A stretch of DNA of 64,000 bases, from contig CM060734.1 in NCBI GenBank assembly GCA_030704615.1, forward strand, positions 39,370,001-39,434,000, written 5' to 3'. Each line of letters begins with the position of its first letter. Within the stretch, counting starts at the first letter, position 1. The notes beneath the pieces were generated by a model. That model was not told the DNA's origin, searched no databases, and saw only the letters and a list, made by a program, of their open reading frames with translations. The stretch comes from Takakia lepidozioides (taxonomy: Eukaryota; Plantae; Bryophyta). The translations under genes were made by a program, and so were the position numbers. Of the stretch, positions 39,104-51,529 are shown one piece after another.

Positions 39104-41790
39104 CTATCCCAAGCAGTGTGGACACAACCAATCTCCATCCGGAACCTTCTCAAGAGGTGGTGTCAAACATCCCATGTGCCAACCTCTTGAGCATCAATCA
39201 CACACCAGCATGGTGGCTGCCCCTTTGGCAGCCTCAAAGAGCATGCACCTCAAACCTACAGGCACCACTGCCAAGTTTGGGTCGACTCTGCCATCGACAT
39301 TGGGAAGGTGACATGGCGCATAACTACGCACATGGTCCTTCCAAGTCATGCCATCCCGACCTTCCAAGATCAGGACCCCTGAGGGCAACACCTCTCGAAC
39401 CCTCAGAATAACACGCCCTGCAGTGACATCTAGGGTCGTAGGAGCAGTCTGCTGCAAATAAACATAGTCACCAGGGCTAAACCTCCAAATCCTAGGACGA
39501 TATCATCCACCACGTATAGTGGCATACCTCAACGTATCACGGTGTTGTGCAATGGCAAGGTTCTCAAACGCCATGGGCATGACTTTCTTGAACAACTCTG
39601 CACGCTGATCATATGCACGTACCCACACGTCCGAATCATCAAGGTTAAGGACTTGAGCAGTGTCCCTATGAATGGCTGCAAGCAAATCCGGCCCTCGGCC
39701 AACGAGAAGGAAATATGGTGAGAAGGAGGCAAGTGATGCTTGTTTGCTAAACCTGTAGCCCATGGCTAACCAAGGAACCTGAAGATCCCAATCTCCTAGG
39801 TGTCCCTTCTGCAAGCCATACTTGTGCAAACCCCTCTTCATTGTCTAAACAACTCTCTCTGCCAAGCCATCGGCCTCAGGATGATCCCGAGAAGTGGTGC
39901 GGTGGTCTATCAAGGCTCTATCACACAAAGCCTGAAATTCCCCCAAGAACTCTCTCCCTTGGTCCGTGAGTACCTTAGCTGGAGCACCGAATCGGCTAAG
40001 CACACGATCCAAGAATGCATACGCAGCCCCCTCACTAGCCTTGTCAGGCAATGGAACCAACTCAATCCACTTGGAGAAGTGCTCCACCATCACCAACACA
40101 TATCTGTGGTGACGCATAGTCAGTGGCAACGGTCCTGCGAAGTCAAGACTCCACCTGTAGCCCAATCCCATGATTGGTAAAGGATGCAACTGTGAGTGCA
40201 TCGCACTCCAAAATGCCCCAACTCCTCATGGGCATGCCGCACTAACCGTGCACGCTGTGTGGGGTAAGGCACAATCCTCACCCGACCATCCTCCCATATT
40301 CGGAGCAGGTGTATCCCCTCCCACTTGAACCTCTTGGCTCGTTGCAGGATCCGATCCCTCTCCCTGGCAGTCACAGTGGCTGTCGTGTCTCCCGTGCGGA
40401 GGTAGTCCAACACAGCTGAATCCTCATGTATATCTCTGGCACCACCTGGCTCATCACTAGCCTCAGGGTCCTTAAACACTCTGTCTACAGTCATCCCTGT
40501 TGTAGGTCCAACCTGACCTCCCGATGCCAAGATACACAAAAAGGCAGATGCATGCCATCCCGGCACCATCTCCTCATCCGTCTCACCATGCCACCGAGCT
40601 CCAGTGTCATCCTGCTGGCTCGTGCATGGATTGCGACTCAATCCATCCGCATCCCGATTGACCAAACCCGGTCGATACTCCTAGAGTAGGAGTGCCCACC
40701 GTGCGAGCTTCCCCGTAAGCTTGTCAGACTCCATCAACCACTTGAGTGGCTGGTGATCCGTGACAATGGTGATCCGTGACAAGGGTGAAGAGATTGTCGT
40801 ATAGATAGCACCTGAAGTGTGCCACGACCCACACTACAGCTAAACACTCTCCCTCATGAGCTATACTTAGCCTCTGCAGCGTTGTTCGAGCGGCTAACAT
40901 AAGCCACTACGAACTCTCTTCCATCATCATCCACCTGTGTGAGCACCGCTCCAAGCCCCAGCATGCTCCAATCCGTATGCAGCTGAAAGGGACGCCCCCT
41001 GATAGGTCGTCTCAGGATAGGCGCCGAAGTCAACCTCGCCTTGAGCTCTTGAAAATCTCGTTCCTGCTCATCTTCCACTGCCACTCTGCCTGTCCACCTT
41101 GGTCAGCTTGGTTAGAGCCTTTGCAATGGCAAATCCCTTGACAAACCGTCTATAATAGTTTGCCAACCCAATGGAAGCTCGAACTCGGCTCACATCCGTG
41201 GGGCGTGGAATTTGTGCAATGGCCTCTACCTTAGTCTGTTGTACCCCCAATCCTCCAGGATATATCATGTGACCCAGATACTCAATCTGGTTGTGGAAAA
41301 ACTTGCACTTCCCCAGATGCAACTTCAATCCGTGCGCTCTCCAGCGCTCAAACACCACCTGAAGGTGTCTCTCATGCTCTTCCACCGTAGCACTAAAGAT
41401 GATGATGTCACCTATGTAGCACCGAGCAAAGTCCACCCCTGCTAGAATCCTATCCATGACTCTCTGAAACTCTGCAGGAGCGTTCTTAAGCCCAAATGGT
41501 AAGAACCGCCACTGATATAGGCAATCATTGCCGTGCTCATTGATCCCCCAGAATGTCGTCTTCTGCTTGTCCGCCTCCCCTTGATCGGCAACTAGTGATA
41601 TCCGGATCGTAAATCCAAAGTGCTAAAGACCTTAACATGCCCGATGGCATCAAAGATCTCCTCTGGTGTTGACATGACATACTTATCGGACTTGGTCTAA
41701 CGATTTACAGGCCAGTAATCACCACACATACGTCTCTCCGTCCAATTGCCATAGACATCTTTCTTGGCTGGCATCACCATGACAACTCCA
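39104..41790 (-). pseudogene. pol remnant of the split-repeat element: RT, RNase H, integrase, PHD finger; the protease region appears deleted
   Basis: [91 protein letters not shown]. Confidence 0.9.
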
Positions 41791-42619
41791 GCTGTCACCA
41801 TGGCGCGCTCAATGGCTGGCCTAGCTGGCAGCTCCATCAACCTGGCAGCTGCAAATTGTCATGGTGCCGCTGTGGCAGTCTTGACCCTCCAATCGAATCC
41901 GAGGATCACTCCGCACTACACCTCCCACTATCTCCGTAGAAGATGAAGTAACCTCCCCACTCTCACAAAGTATAGCTGCCAGCCTAAACACCTCAGCTGG
42001 TCTTACCCCCGGCGTCGCAATCATGGTAGCCGAGAACAATGGAGCCTGGCACACAGATGTGGCCAATTCCAGCAGCACACTAGCTGTCGTAGCCTTGGCA
42101 ACACTAGGTAGTGGTACTACCCATGTAGCTCTCCCCAATGGCATAGTAACCTCCGCCTCGGTAATAGTCGGGCGAGAACTAGGTGCCATGGATGGCGTCG
42201 ACACTGTCTCCGCCAATGTGAATGACTGAGGAAGCCTAGCCTGACGGCTTGCCTCCCCACACTGTGGATCTAACTCCACCTCTGCACCTCGTGCTCAGGA
42301 ACTCGTACTACTCCTCAAGTCACAGCTGCAGCAGACTCCACCTGCACTAGTGGTAGTGCTGATCCGCACATGAATCCCATGCCTCCCATATCTCCCCCCT
42401 CAGGAGCAAGAGGTGGACCATCCGGCCTTGGAGCCAGTACCACCTGAGCTGTAGCCATGGCAGCGAGCCTCTGTTCTAGCTGCTGAAAGCGGTTGCCATG
42501 CCTTGGTCAACACCCTGACCTCCGCGTCCTTGGCCATGTTGAGCTTGCCTTGGCCTGCACTCGTCCTCTCTGGGCTGCTCCACTTGCCCCCCCGCCACCA
42601 TTGTTCCCTTGGAACTGGC

Positions 42620-43885
42620 CTGGGCGCAACTCAGGATGCAAACCATAACACTAGACCTCTCCATGCCCGTGCTTGCCACAATACCCACACTGCAACTGTG
42701 CAGGCTGTGCATGTGCCGGCCCTTTGCCTCCTTCTGGGCAATCCTTCTTGACATGGGGTCCTCCACATGTTCAACACACCACCTCAGCCCGTTGTTGGCC
42801 TGCAAATGAAGGAAGAGACCCCTGCATCTGAGGTCCTCTCTATCCTTCCCTGAGCTTCACCTGAGCCCCCTTGTTGCCTTGAGCATGTTGAGGTAGTGGT
42901 TGGCTAGGAGCACCACTACCCCGTGGTGTCTCCTTAGCAAATCCCACCATGACCACTCGTTCCTCCACCATGTTGAGCTCTATCCGCTCTGCCAGCAAAA
43001 ACACATTTAATAAGGTGGGTTGGGCCGCTTATAGGAGAGTTGCATCCTGCACCCTTCTCCTCAGCTCCTTGTCCAATATCCCATACCAGAATTGGACTGC
43101 CTGAGCTTCCGTAACCTCTTGGGTTACATTTATCAAGCGTCTCATGCGAGTGAAAGCCTCCCTCAAGTTCTCAGTCGGCTTCCGTCGAAACTCTTGCAAG
43201 CTCCGCAACTTCTCTGTCCTCACCCCTTGGTAATTCCCTCTCAACTCTTCAAAGAACTCCACAACAGGGTTGAAGGCAAGCACGGGTACTGGTGCTGGTG
43301 CGGTAGTGGCTTGGGTGGACGTCGTAGCTACGGTACCACCAGTCCCACTAGTCCCACTGCTGCTTGCTGAAGCTGTCGGTGCAGCGGCAGGTGTAGCCAC
43401 TGCCCTCATGACTCTAGTGCCCCTAGTGATGGAGACATAGTCGGGTACCAGTACATCCTCCACTCCTTGATCTCAATCTCATGCCCCCGCCTGAACTCAT
43501 GGTAATCCATAGGCGGCCCCTCAAGGTGTTGAAACAGCCCCTTCAATGCCATGAAAGGCGTAAATAGTCGTGGATTGCGCATTTGCTGCAAATCACACCA
43601 ACTATCAAACTCTTGGATAAAATCATCCAACTCAATGGTACCCACCGCCCCAGAGTACCTTCGTGGCCCCTTGGTAGCTCCATACATCTCCTCTATTGTG
43701 TCCCGCAACAATGGCAAGGAAACAACTTGCACCGCCGGTGTGAGTCCTCCTGATTCACAATCCGAATCAGAACCTTCCGTAGAAGACACAGGAGGTGAAG
43801 GTGGCCTAAACCGCACACCTCGTCTCGTGTACCCACTAGTATCGCTAGTGCTCGAACCGGCACTGTCCCCAGCAACTAGTGGCAC
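42620..43885 (-). pseudogene. gag remnant of the split-repeat element with two zinc knuckles
   Basis: ELDDFIQEFDSWCD..., LRSLQEFRRKPTENLREAFTRM, and knuckles C*TCGGPHVKKDC and CGYCGKHGHGEV*C. Confidence 0.8.
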
Positions 43886-44589
43886 CTCCGTGTTGACAAA
43901 CTGTCACTCAACCGGTCATGAACATGTCCCTAACCCCCTCTCCACAAGGTAACCGGGTAAAGAACCTGATGCGGTTTATGGTTTGGAATACTAGGTTCAT
44001 AATATAGCCTACACCTGCACCTACATCCACCACAAGCACTCCAATGGTTGGTTGGTCATCACCTCCAACCTCACCACAGGAGAAACAATGATGGTTTGAC
44101 TGGTCATCACCCCAGCCTTACCATCGACAGCATGCTCTAGGACTGGCCGGTAATCAAATCCGGACCAATCACCCATAAAAAACAAGCGCCCACACAAAAC
44201 TAACATGACGCACAGTCAAGCTTGCAGGTATGGAGGGGATCCAAACACAAGAAATCAGAACGACAACTCCCCCACACCAAAACAACTCCATGGTGTTGCT
44301 CTGCAAGGACACCCCAGCCCAAATCCGGACTGATTCTTGCCTCCACCTACGGAAAGGTCTTGGCCTAATGAGAGGGTGGAAAACTACGAGGAAGAGAAGC
44401 TAAAACAATGCATAACCCCAGCATGCCCTCATCCCAACACTCTTTTTTCTCATCTCTTCCCTCACTTGCATGACCATGGGAATATCATGAAGATACTCCT
44501 CAAACCGCCCTCCATGAGCTTCAAAATTCGGCCTTCAAGACCACATGCCAGTCCTTAGGCAGTCCATCAGTGCCTCCATGAGTCAGCAC

Positions 44590-45100
44590 AGGCCGTCCAC
44601 AGGTCAACACGGGCCACCACAGACCAACACAGGCCCATACAGATCGCTGGTCACAGCCGTCACTGCCCCACACAGGCCACAGCCTGGCACAGCCCGTCAC
44701 AGCCCCAAAAGCCACATGTTACAGCCTGTCACAGCCCTATACAGGTCACAGGGTCACAGCCCCACAAGCCACAGCCTATCACAGCCCATCACAGCCCTAA
44801 AGGCCACATGTCACAGCCTGTCACAGCCCATCACAACCCCAAAGGCCACAGCCCGTCACAACCCATCACAGCCCTACACAGGTCACAGGGGTCATAGCCC
44901 CAAAGGCCACAGCCTGTCACAGCCCTACACAGGTCACAGGGGTCACAGCCGCAAAAGCCACAGCCTGTCACAGCCCCTCACAGCCCATCACAACCTGTCA
45001 CAGCCCGTCACAGCCCCACAGGCCACCTATCACAGCCCATCACAGCCCTACACAGGTCACAGGATCACGGCCCTACATGCCACAGCCTGTCACAGCCCCA
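44590..45100. repeat. (T/C)CACAGCC-based ~10-bp minisatellite in the 5' leader of the retroelement
   Basis: Dozens of cacagcc units. Confidence 0.9.
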
Positions 45101-45539
45101 TCCATGGCCGCTCATGGCAGTTTAGCCATTTCTCCAATGGGTTTAGCCACGCCAAGCTAGGGTTTGTGTCTCTTGGACTCTAGGCTTCTTTGCACCGAGC
45201 TATGGCGGCTGTGAAGAAATCAGCAAGGTATTCTTGCTCTTTCGGCTCCCACACACCACCAATAGTAGCCCTAAGCCATGAGGAAGATGGTTGCCACAAA
45301 CCAAGCCTTCTTTCTCACTTAGACTCCCCAAACACGCCACTAAACTCAATGGCAAACAACCAAGCCTTGCTGGTTTCCAGCCCTTGTGAACACTCATTCA
45401 AGCATTTTCCTTGGCCATAACATCTGTCTTAGAGCCTATTCCAGCCCCCTACACCTGCCACTTCAAGAGCCATGCTCTATCTAGGCTTGAGGTTGAAACC
45501 CCACCTCACATATGCCCTACAAGTGCTTTTCTTTCACCC

Positions 45540-45960
45540 AAGTGGGAACCAGCCCTAGCCCTTCCATTCTAGCTCTCTAAAGCTTGAAAACAGAAGCCCA
45601 ATGGACTGAAGGCATGCTCCACACACCCCACTCTCACCACAAGAGAATCAGCCCTTTTGCTTCCTTTCTTGCACCCACCAACCTGAAAATACAAGCTTCA
45701 GCGGGCTGGAAGCATGCTCCACACATGCCCTACAGGGAAACCAGCCCCTTCCTTCCTTTCTTGCACTCCCAAACCTGAAAGTACAAGCCTTCAACGGGCT
45801 GAAAGCATGCTCCACACATGCGTTTCCCTCACATAAGAGAAGTCAGCCCTTCCATCTTCCTTGCTTGCCCTCCAAGCTTGCAGATGGAAGCTTCAATGGG
45901 CTGCATGCATGCTCCACACATGCATCATCTTCACACAAGAGGTAATATCAGCCCCCTATC
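45540..45960. repeat. Degenerate ~90-100-bp tandem repeat in the retroelement leader
   Basis: cagccc..ttcctt...gcatgctccacaca recurs 4 times. Confidence 0.7.
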
Positions 45961-47034
45961 TTGGCTCTTTGGCTCCTTGATGCTCTTTAAGACAAGACTA
46001 AGCACTCCACAGCCCTTGCCGAGCTCCTGAAACCCTAAGGCTTACATTTCCAGCCACAAGACACTCCTCTTGTGGTGCAAGAGCTCTTCTTCCAAGCTCT
46101 GAAACCGTAGGTGCAGATTCCATGGCCTTACCGCACCTCTTAGCTCTTGTTCCAGCCCTGCTCTTGCCATGACAAGAGCCCTCTCAATGCTAAAGCTCGA
46201 GATTGAAACCCAATCTCAACATACTCCACAAAGTGCACTGATTTGCCCCAAGCTAAATCAGCCCTTTCGCTTGGTCTTGCAATCCTTCACACAATGAAAG
46301 CTCGCATTCCCAAGTCCAGTTCTCAGCTTTGCCACCAAAGCCACTCTAACCTGCTCTTGACTGGTCCTCTTCCCAATCGGGCTTGCTCATGCATGTACAC
46401 AATCTGAAACCATCAAGGTGCTCTGGAATTACCTGCAGCATGGTGCTTTCATCTCTGAAGCTAAAGATCGAATGCCAAGGTCTACTACCTCGTAACCCAC
46501 ATCGCCTCCGCTTCTAACAACCAAGGGCTCCACGGTGCTCCTTGCATAACAACCTAGTTTCTCTCATCCTCAAGTAAAAACCACAAGTGCTACAACTAAC
46601 TCGTATCTGGCACTTACATATACTAGCTCATCTTTCTCGAGTGATAAAGAAGAAGAATACAAGCACAAGCTCATGCGAGCTCACAAAGCTGAAGCATAAA
46701 CTCATGCATATATAAACTCATCACTCAAATACAAGTCAAGCCATGTGCACCTCACACCATGGGGAATCCACACTACGGCGCCATAGCTAGGCGCGGTGAG
46801 GCTCAACTCGAGAAAGATGAGCCTCCCGCGCTTGCCGTGAAGATAACCACTCCAGGGCCTCTGTCTTGACCCCTGGATTGACACTTGGACCAATCCCAAA
46901 TGTCAATATATAAAAGCTAGCTATTTCCTAGCTAGTTTCGCACTAGTGGTGAAATAACTTGACAATGAGATTTCTAGCGGTACAATGGTTCTTTTATGAA
47001 CACATAACTCAATTTTGATCGTGCATGTAATAAA

Positions 47035-48545
47035 TAAAGTCCCATTGTAAATACTACATTGCATATGCTCGACCCTGACACCATCGCAACATAAATGGTT
47101 TGTATTGGCTCACTGTTTATATTTGTAATGTTCCAAGGTTTCGGATAGGGTTATGAGAAAACGATGTATTAGTTCCGTAGGAGTTAGACAATAAATCTTT
47201 CACACTGTACACACATGGTAGAGGCATGGATCTAGGTGCACATGCGACCTCCGTTTGATACTAGGTCTCTACTTAAACGTGCGGAGGTCGCATGTACACC
47301 TATTACTTTTTTATCCATGTCACTCATGGTAGTGTCGCACAGTTGAATGAGATATGGAACGTTTGTTGTCTAACTCCTATGGATCCAATATATTATTTTC
47401 TCAGTACCCTGTCAGAAACATTGAAATATTTGCAGTTACAAACAGTGCCACATACACGGCCGGGTTGAAATGACATTTATGAGGTTCGAGCGTATGCAAT
47501 TTATTATTTACAACGGAATTTTATTTACTCGGGGGACCGGTACTGCTGTTGGAGCGCAACTGATGGTGCGAGTTCTCTATTGATTGGAGCTGTCACAACC
47601 AATGTCAACAATTATATTTACGGTAAGGTGTTTCATGCTATTGTTGTTCCTCTAGCTGAATTCTGTAGTACTCTTTTTGCTATTCCCATGTCAACGTCCT
47701 CTGAAACTGTCATGTTCAAACGGACGTATCAGCCACCCAGGCCAGCTTGCAGGCTGCAGCGATGGCCCACCATAAATTGAATGAATTGGAGATTTTGTGC
47801 GAAGTTCCTGGTTTCATGTCCGTGGTGGCTGATACGGAATTCGGAATATGGCAGTCGCAGTGGACCTGATGTTGTTGGCATGGGAGTAGCAAAACGATTC
47901 CTAAATAATTCAGCTACATGAACATCGGTAGTATGAAACACCTTGCAGTACATATGATTTTTGAGATTGTTTGCACGGATTATTTGTGTTTGTACTTTCA
48001 AGTGACGAACATTTCCGCCATGGTGCGGAAGACGTGCATTGGCCACATTAAACGGTTGATGTATATCACATCGCATTTGTGAAAATGTATCACATGAACC
48101 GTTCCATGTGGCCTACGGGAGTCTTCGATGGGTACGAGATCAATGTGGCCTACAAGATCTGCTTCCACCAACAAACATGTGATCATTTCAGAAGCGCTAA
48201 AACTTTGAAGCGACGATGGGCAAGGTTCTTCATCCAGATGTTCAACATGCTGAGGTCTTCTGTAATGTCTCTTGCTTCGTAATGAGGTGCTTCTCCAACT
48301 CTTATTTTTCCAATGCTAATATCTTCCATCTGGAACATATCCACACATGTGTATATAACTTAAAAAACCAAATGACCATCAAAACTGGAAGCTGGGGATG
48401 AGGCTTATAAAAATTGAGATGGTCATTTGTTTTTTTAAGGATTTCTGCACACATATGTGGATCTGTTCCAGGTGGAGAATATTAACATATTGGATAAAGA
48501 GGACATAGAGAAGCACCGCATGACGAGGCAGGAGACACTACAAAA
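47035..48545. repeat. Three consecutive diverged foldback (long inverted-repeat) structures: ~47035-47523, ~47615-47955, ~48259-48545
   Basis: Arm pairs: taggagttagacaa / ttgtctaactccta, with inner hairpin catgcgacctccg / cggaggtcgcatg; aaggtgtttcat / atgaaacacctt and gtatcagccacc / ggtggctgatac; caaatgaccatc / gatggtcatttg. Confidence 0.85.
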
Positions 48546-48550
48546 AGAGC

Positions 48551-49015
48551 TTCAAAAGGCATACCATGTAACAGGTCCCAGTATAATCGAAGACGAAACC
48601 CCATTCATTCAATGGGCGATTGAATGGTTGCCCATCCAAATGATTTTCGTTTGCTTTCAATCTTTGCCACTATGTTCAACATACCATGTATCAGGTCCCG
48701 GATTAATATCAGATCAATCGAAATTCATTCGATGGCTCAACGGATGGTTGGCCATCGAAATGATTTTGGTTCGCTTTTAGACTTGGCCACTATGTTCAAT
48801 GTGCCATGTAAGAGGCCCCAGAGTAATATGAGATCAATCAAAATTTTGTTTAATGGGCCAACGGATGGTTGCCCATCCAAATGATTTTCGTTCGCTTTGA
48901 AACTCAGCTAGTATGTTCAATGTACCATCTGATACGTCCCAGTGTAATACGAGATCAATCGAAAATTGTTCGATTGTCCAATGAGGCGTTCACTTGTCAT
49001 CTGGTTTTTGTTCAA
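48551..49015. repeat. ~120-bp tandem repeat x4
   Basis: Units start near 48551, 48674, 48794 and 48915 (ttcaa...ccat.t...ccc...agatcaatc.aaatt...ccatccaaatgattttcgtt). Confidence 0.8.
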
Positions 49016-49301
49016 TGCGAAAAAGAAATCTTGCAATGCGTGCACGGCTATTGCACCCATTGAACGGATGTGGTTGAAGCCCCTCTTTTGCCCGCATGTG
49101 CTTGAACATGTGTGCAACACATGTGCGGAGACACAACAAACGAATAAATCATTTGCCTCCCCATCGACGCGCTCCCTCCTCAAGCCATTCCACAATTTAA
49201 TTGAATTTAAATTCATACTCACCAATGTGACGTGTCAATGGCATGTCACTGAGGTAAACCAACCACTTCTGACGTGTTTTTCCCTATTTTTTCCTGAATG
49301 A

Positions 49302-51490
49302 GCATGGATAGAGTGTGGGTCCAGATTCATCCAAGAGGGCTGGACTTCAAGCTCCAGATTACCTTGATTCCATGTGGGGGTCAGTTGCTATAAGAAACCT
49401 GCATGGGTAGATGGTCAACTAAAGGCAGTAGCTGTAGCGGCACAGTTGATAAAATCAGGCACCTCAACCATGACCACAGCTTCTGAAAGAGGATCAAGAG
49501 AGGGAGTCCACAATGCCTCTTCTAGCATTTCTGGGCATGTGAAGATACTTTAAGCGATAGCCTGACAAAGGCTCTACAAACTCTAAACCAAGGAGGCATT
49601 TCAGCAGATTCAAATATGTGTCTGTCTCTTGCTTAAGTGCATCAAGATGGACGGTCTCGAAGCTGGAAAGCAGGTGCACACTCACATTATCCAAAGTGGA
49701 TTCACGCCAAATGTTTTTCTACTCAACACCCTTGTCAACCTGTATGTTAAGTGTCGGAACATCAGGGATGCTCACCAAGTGTTCAATAGAATGCCTCAAT
49801 GATCTTTGATCACGTGGAATATTATGTTGAAAGGATTTACCAAGCATAGGTGTGGTAGGAATGTTTTGGAGACATATGAGCAAATGATGTGCGAAGCGGT
49901 GAAGCCCAACCACATCACATTTGTTTGTGTTTGCAATGCGTGTGAAAGCCTGGGAGCAAGCTGGAATTGTACCAGATGTCATCTTGAACACTGCCCTTGT
50001 GGACATGTTTGCCAAATGCGGGTGCGTTAAGGATGTGAGGGGAGTTTTTCAACACTCTGGCTGAACGAGATGTGGTGTTGTGGAACGTGATGCTTGCAGG
50101 GTATGCACAACAGGGGCACGGATGGAGGCTTTGGAACCTATGAGCAAATGATGGGGGAAGGGGTGAAGCCTAACCACATCACAAGGCATTTCACCAGATT
50201 CAGATATGTATGTCTGTCTCTTGCTTAAGTGCATCAAGATGGAAGGTCTGGAACAGTGTTGGACTGGTATATAGGTGAAGGACTGGTACATAATACTGGT
50301 ATATGCACCGGTATTAGATACCAGACCAGTCTGGTATCATTTGGGAGAATACTTGGTCAGATACCAGACCAGGCTGGTATCAGTTCTTTCATACTATAGC
50401 CACAATACCCGTACTCCCCTCGTCTTCCTCATTTACTCTGGTATGTATATTCAATTAATTTATGTGTACATATGCCTATATATTCGTACTTATGTATATT
50501 TACTTCTTATGTATATTTTATTTGTTTTCACTTGATACTTGCCACTTGACAAATTTGTAACTCAAGATGGCTTTGGAATGATACCAGAGTTGATATCTCA
50601 TACCAGCTGGTATTGTGGTCATGATACTCATATTCATACCAGTATCTGGAAAAAAATACATCCACCATTATAGAGACCAGACTGGTATGAAAGTTTTGTG
50701 ATACGCCTGGTACCAGGACCAGTCTGGTATGTAAAAAACTTGATACCAGTCCAACACTGGTCTGGAAGTTGGAAAATAGGTGCATACTCACATCATCCAA
50801 AGTGGATTCACGTCAAATGTTTTTCTTCTCAACACCCTTGTCAACATGTATGTTATGTGCGGGAGCATCATTGATGTTCACCAAGTGTTCAACAGAATGC
50901 CTCAACGATCTTTGATCACGTGGAATATAATGTTAGCAGGATGCAATGCGTGTGCAAGCCTGGGAGCTCTGGAAAAGGGGAAAGAGGTCCATGGTGACAT
51001 TGTCAAAGCTGGAATTGTACCAGATGTCATTCTGAACACTCCCCTGGTGGACATGTATGCCAAATGTGGGTGCATTAAGGATGCGAAGGGAGTTTCCATG
51101 GCTGAACGAGATGTGGTGTCGTGGAGTGCGATGCTTGCAGGGTATGCACAGCAGGGACTGGTATGGAGGCTTTGGAGACCTATGATCAAATGATGGGGGA
51201 AGGGGTGAAGCCCGACCACATCACGTTTGTGTACATTTGCAATGCGTGTGTAAGTCTGACAGCTTTGGAAAAGGGCAAAGAGGTCCATGGCGACATTGTT
51301 AGATCTGCAATTGTATCAAATGTCATTCTGAACAATACCCTCGTGGACATGTATGAAGGGAGTGTTCGACGGTATGGCTGAACGAGATGTGCTGTTGTGG
51401 AGTGCGATGATTGCAGGATGTGCACAGCAAGGGCGCGGGATGGAGGCTTTGGAGACTTATGAGCAAATGATGTGCGAAGGGGTGAAGCCC
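49302..51490 (+). pseudogene. Fragmented paralogs of the PDF-PPR gene (PDF half-motif exon plus PLS repeats); at least two partial copies
   Basis: High nucleotide similarity to 63330-62100 (gtgtgggtccagattcatccaagaggg...; ggacatgtatgccaaatgtggg). Many indels, and a MITE insertion. Confidence 0.85.
50254..50759. mobile_element. hAT-type MITE, 506 bp
   Basis: Perfect 17-bp TIR CAGTGTTGGACTGGTAT and an 8-bp TSD GTCTGGAA (50246-50253, 50760-50767). Subterminal taccag/ctggta repeats. Confidence 0.93.
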
Positions 51491-51529
51491 GCACTTTGCA
51501 TTGCATGATGTTGAGGAAGAGCTTAAAGG

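Larger units (their letters stand above)
38179..46964 (-). mobile_element. Ty3/gypsy retrotransposon with split/permuted terminal repeats, DDE integrase and C-terminal PHD finger; degenerate
   Basis: Ends TGTC...GACA with a 4-bp TSD ATGA (38175-38178, 46965-46968). Repeat A is at 38179-38349 and 38688-38846; repeat B is at 38360-38685 and 46643-46964. gag-RT-RH-INT-PHD lie on the minus strand. Confidence 0.9.

Noticed and set aside
44545-45183. 212-aa His/Ser/Pro-rich ORF
   Set aside because: It reads through the CACAGCC minisatellite, antisense to the retroelement.
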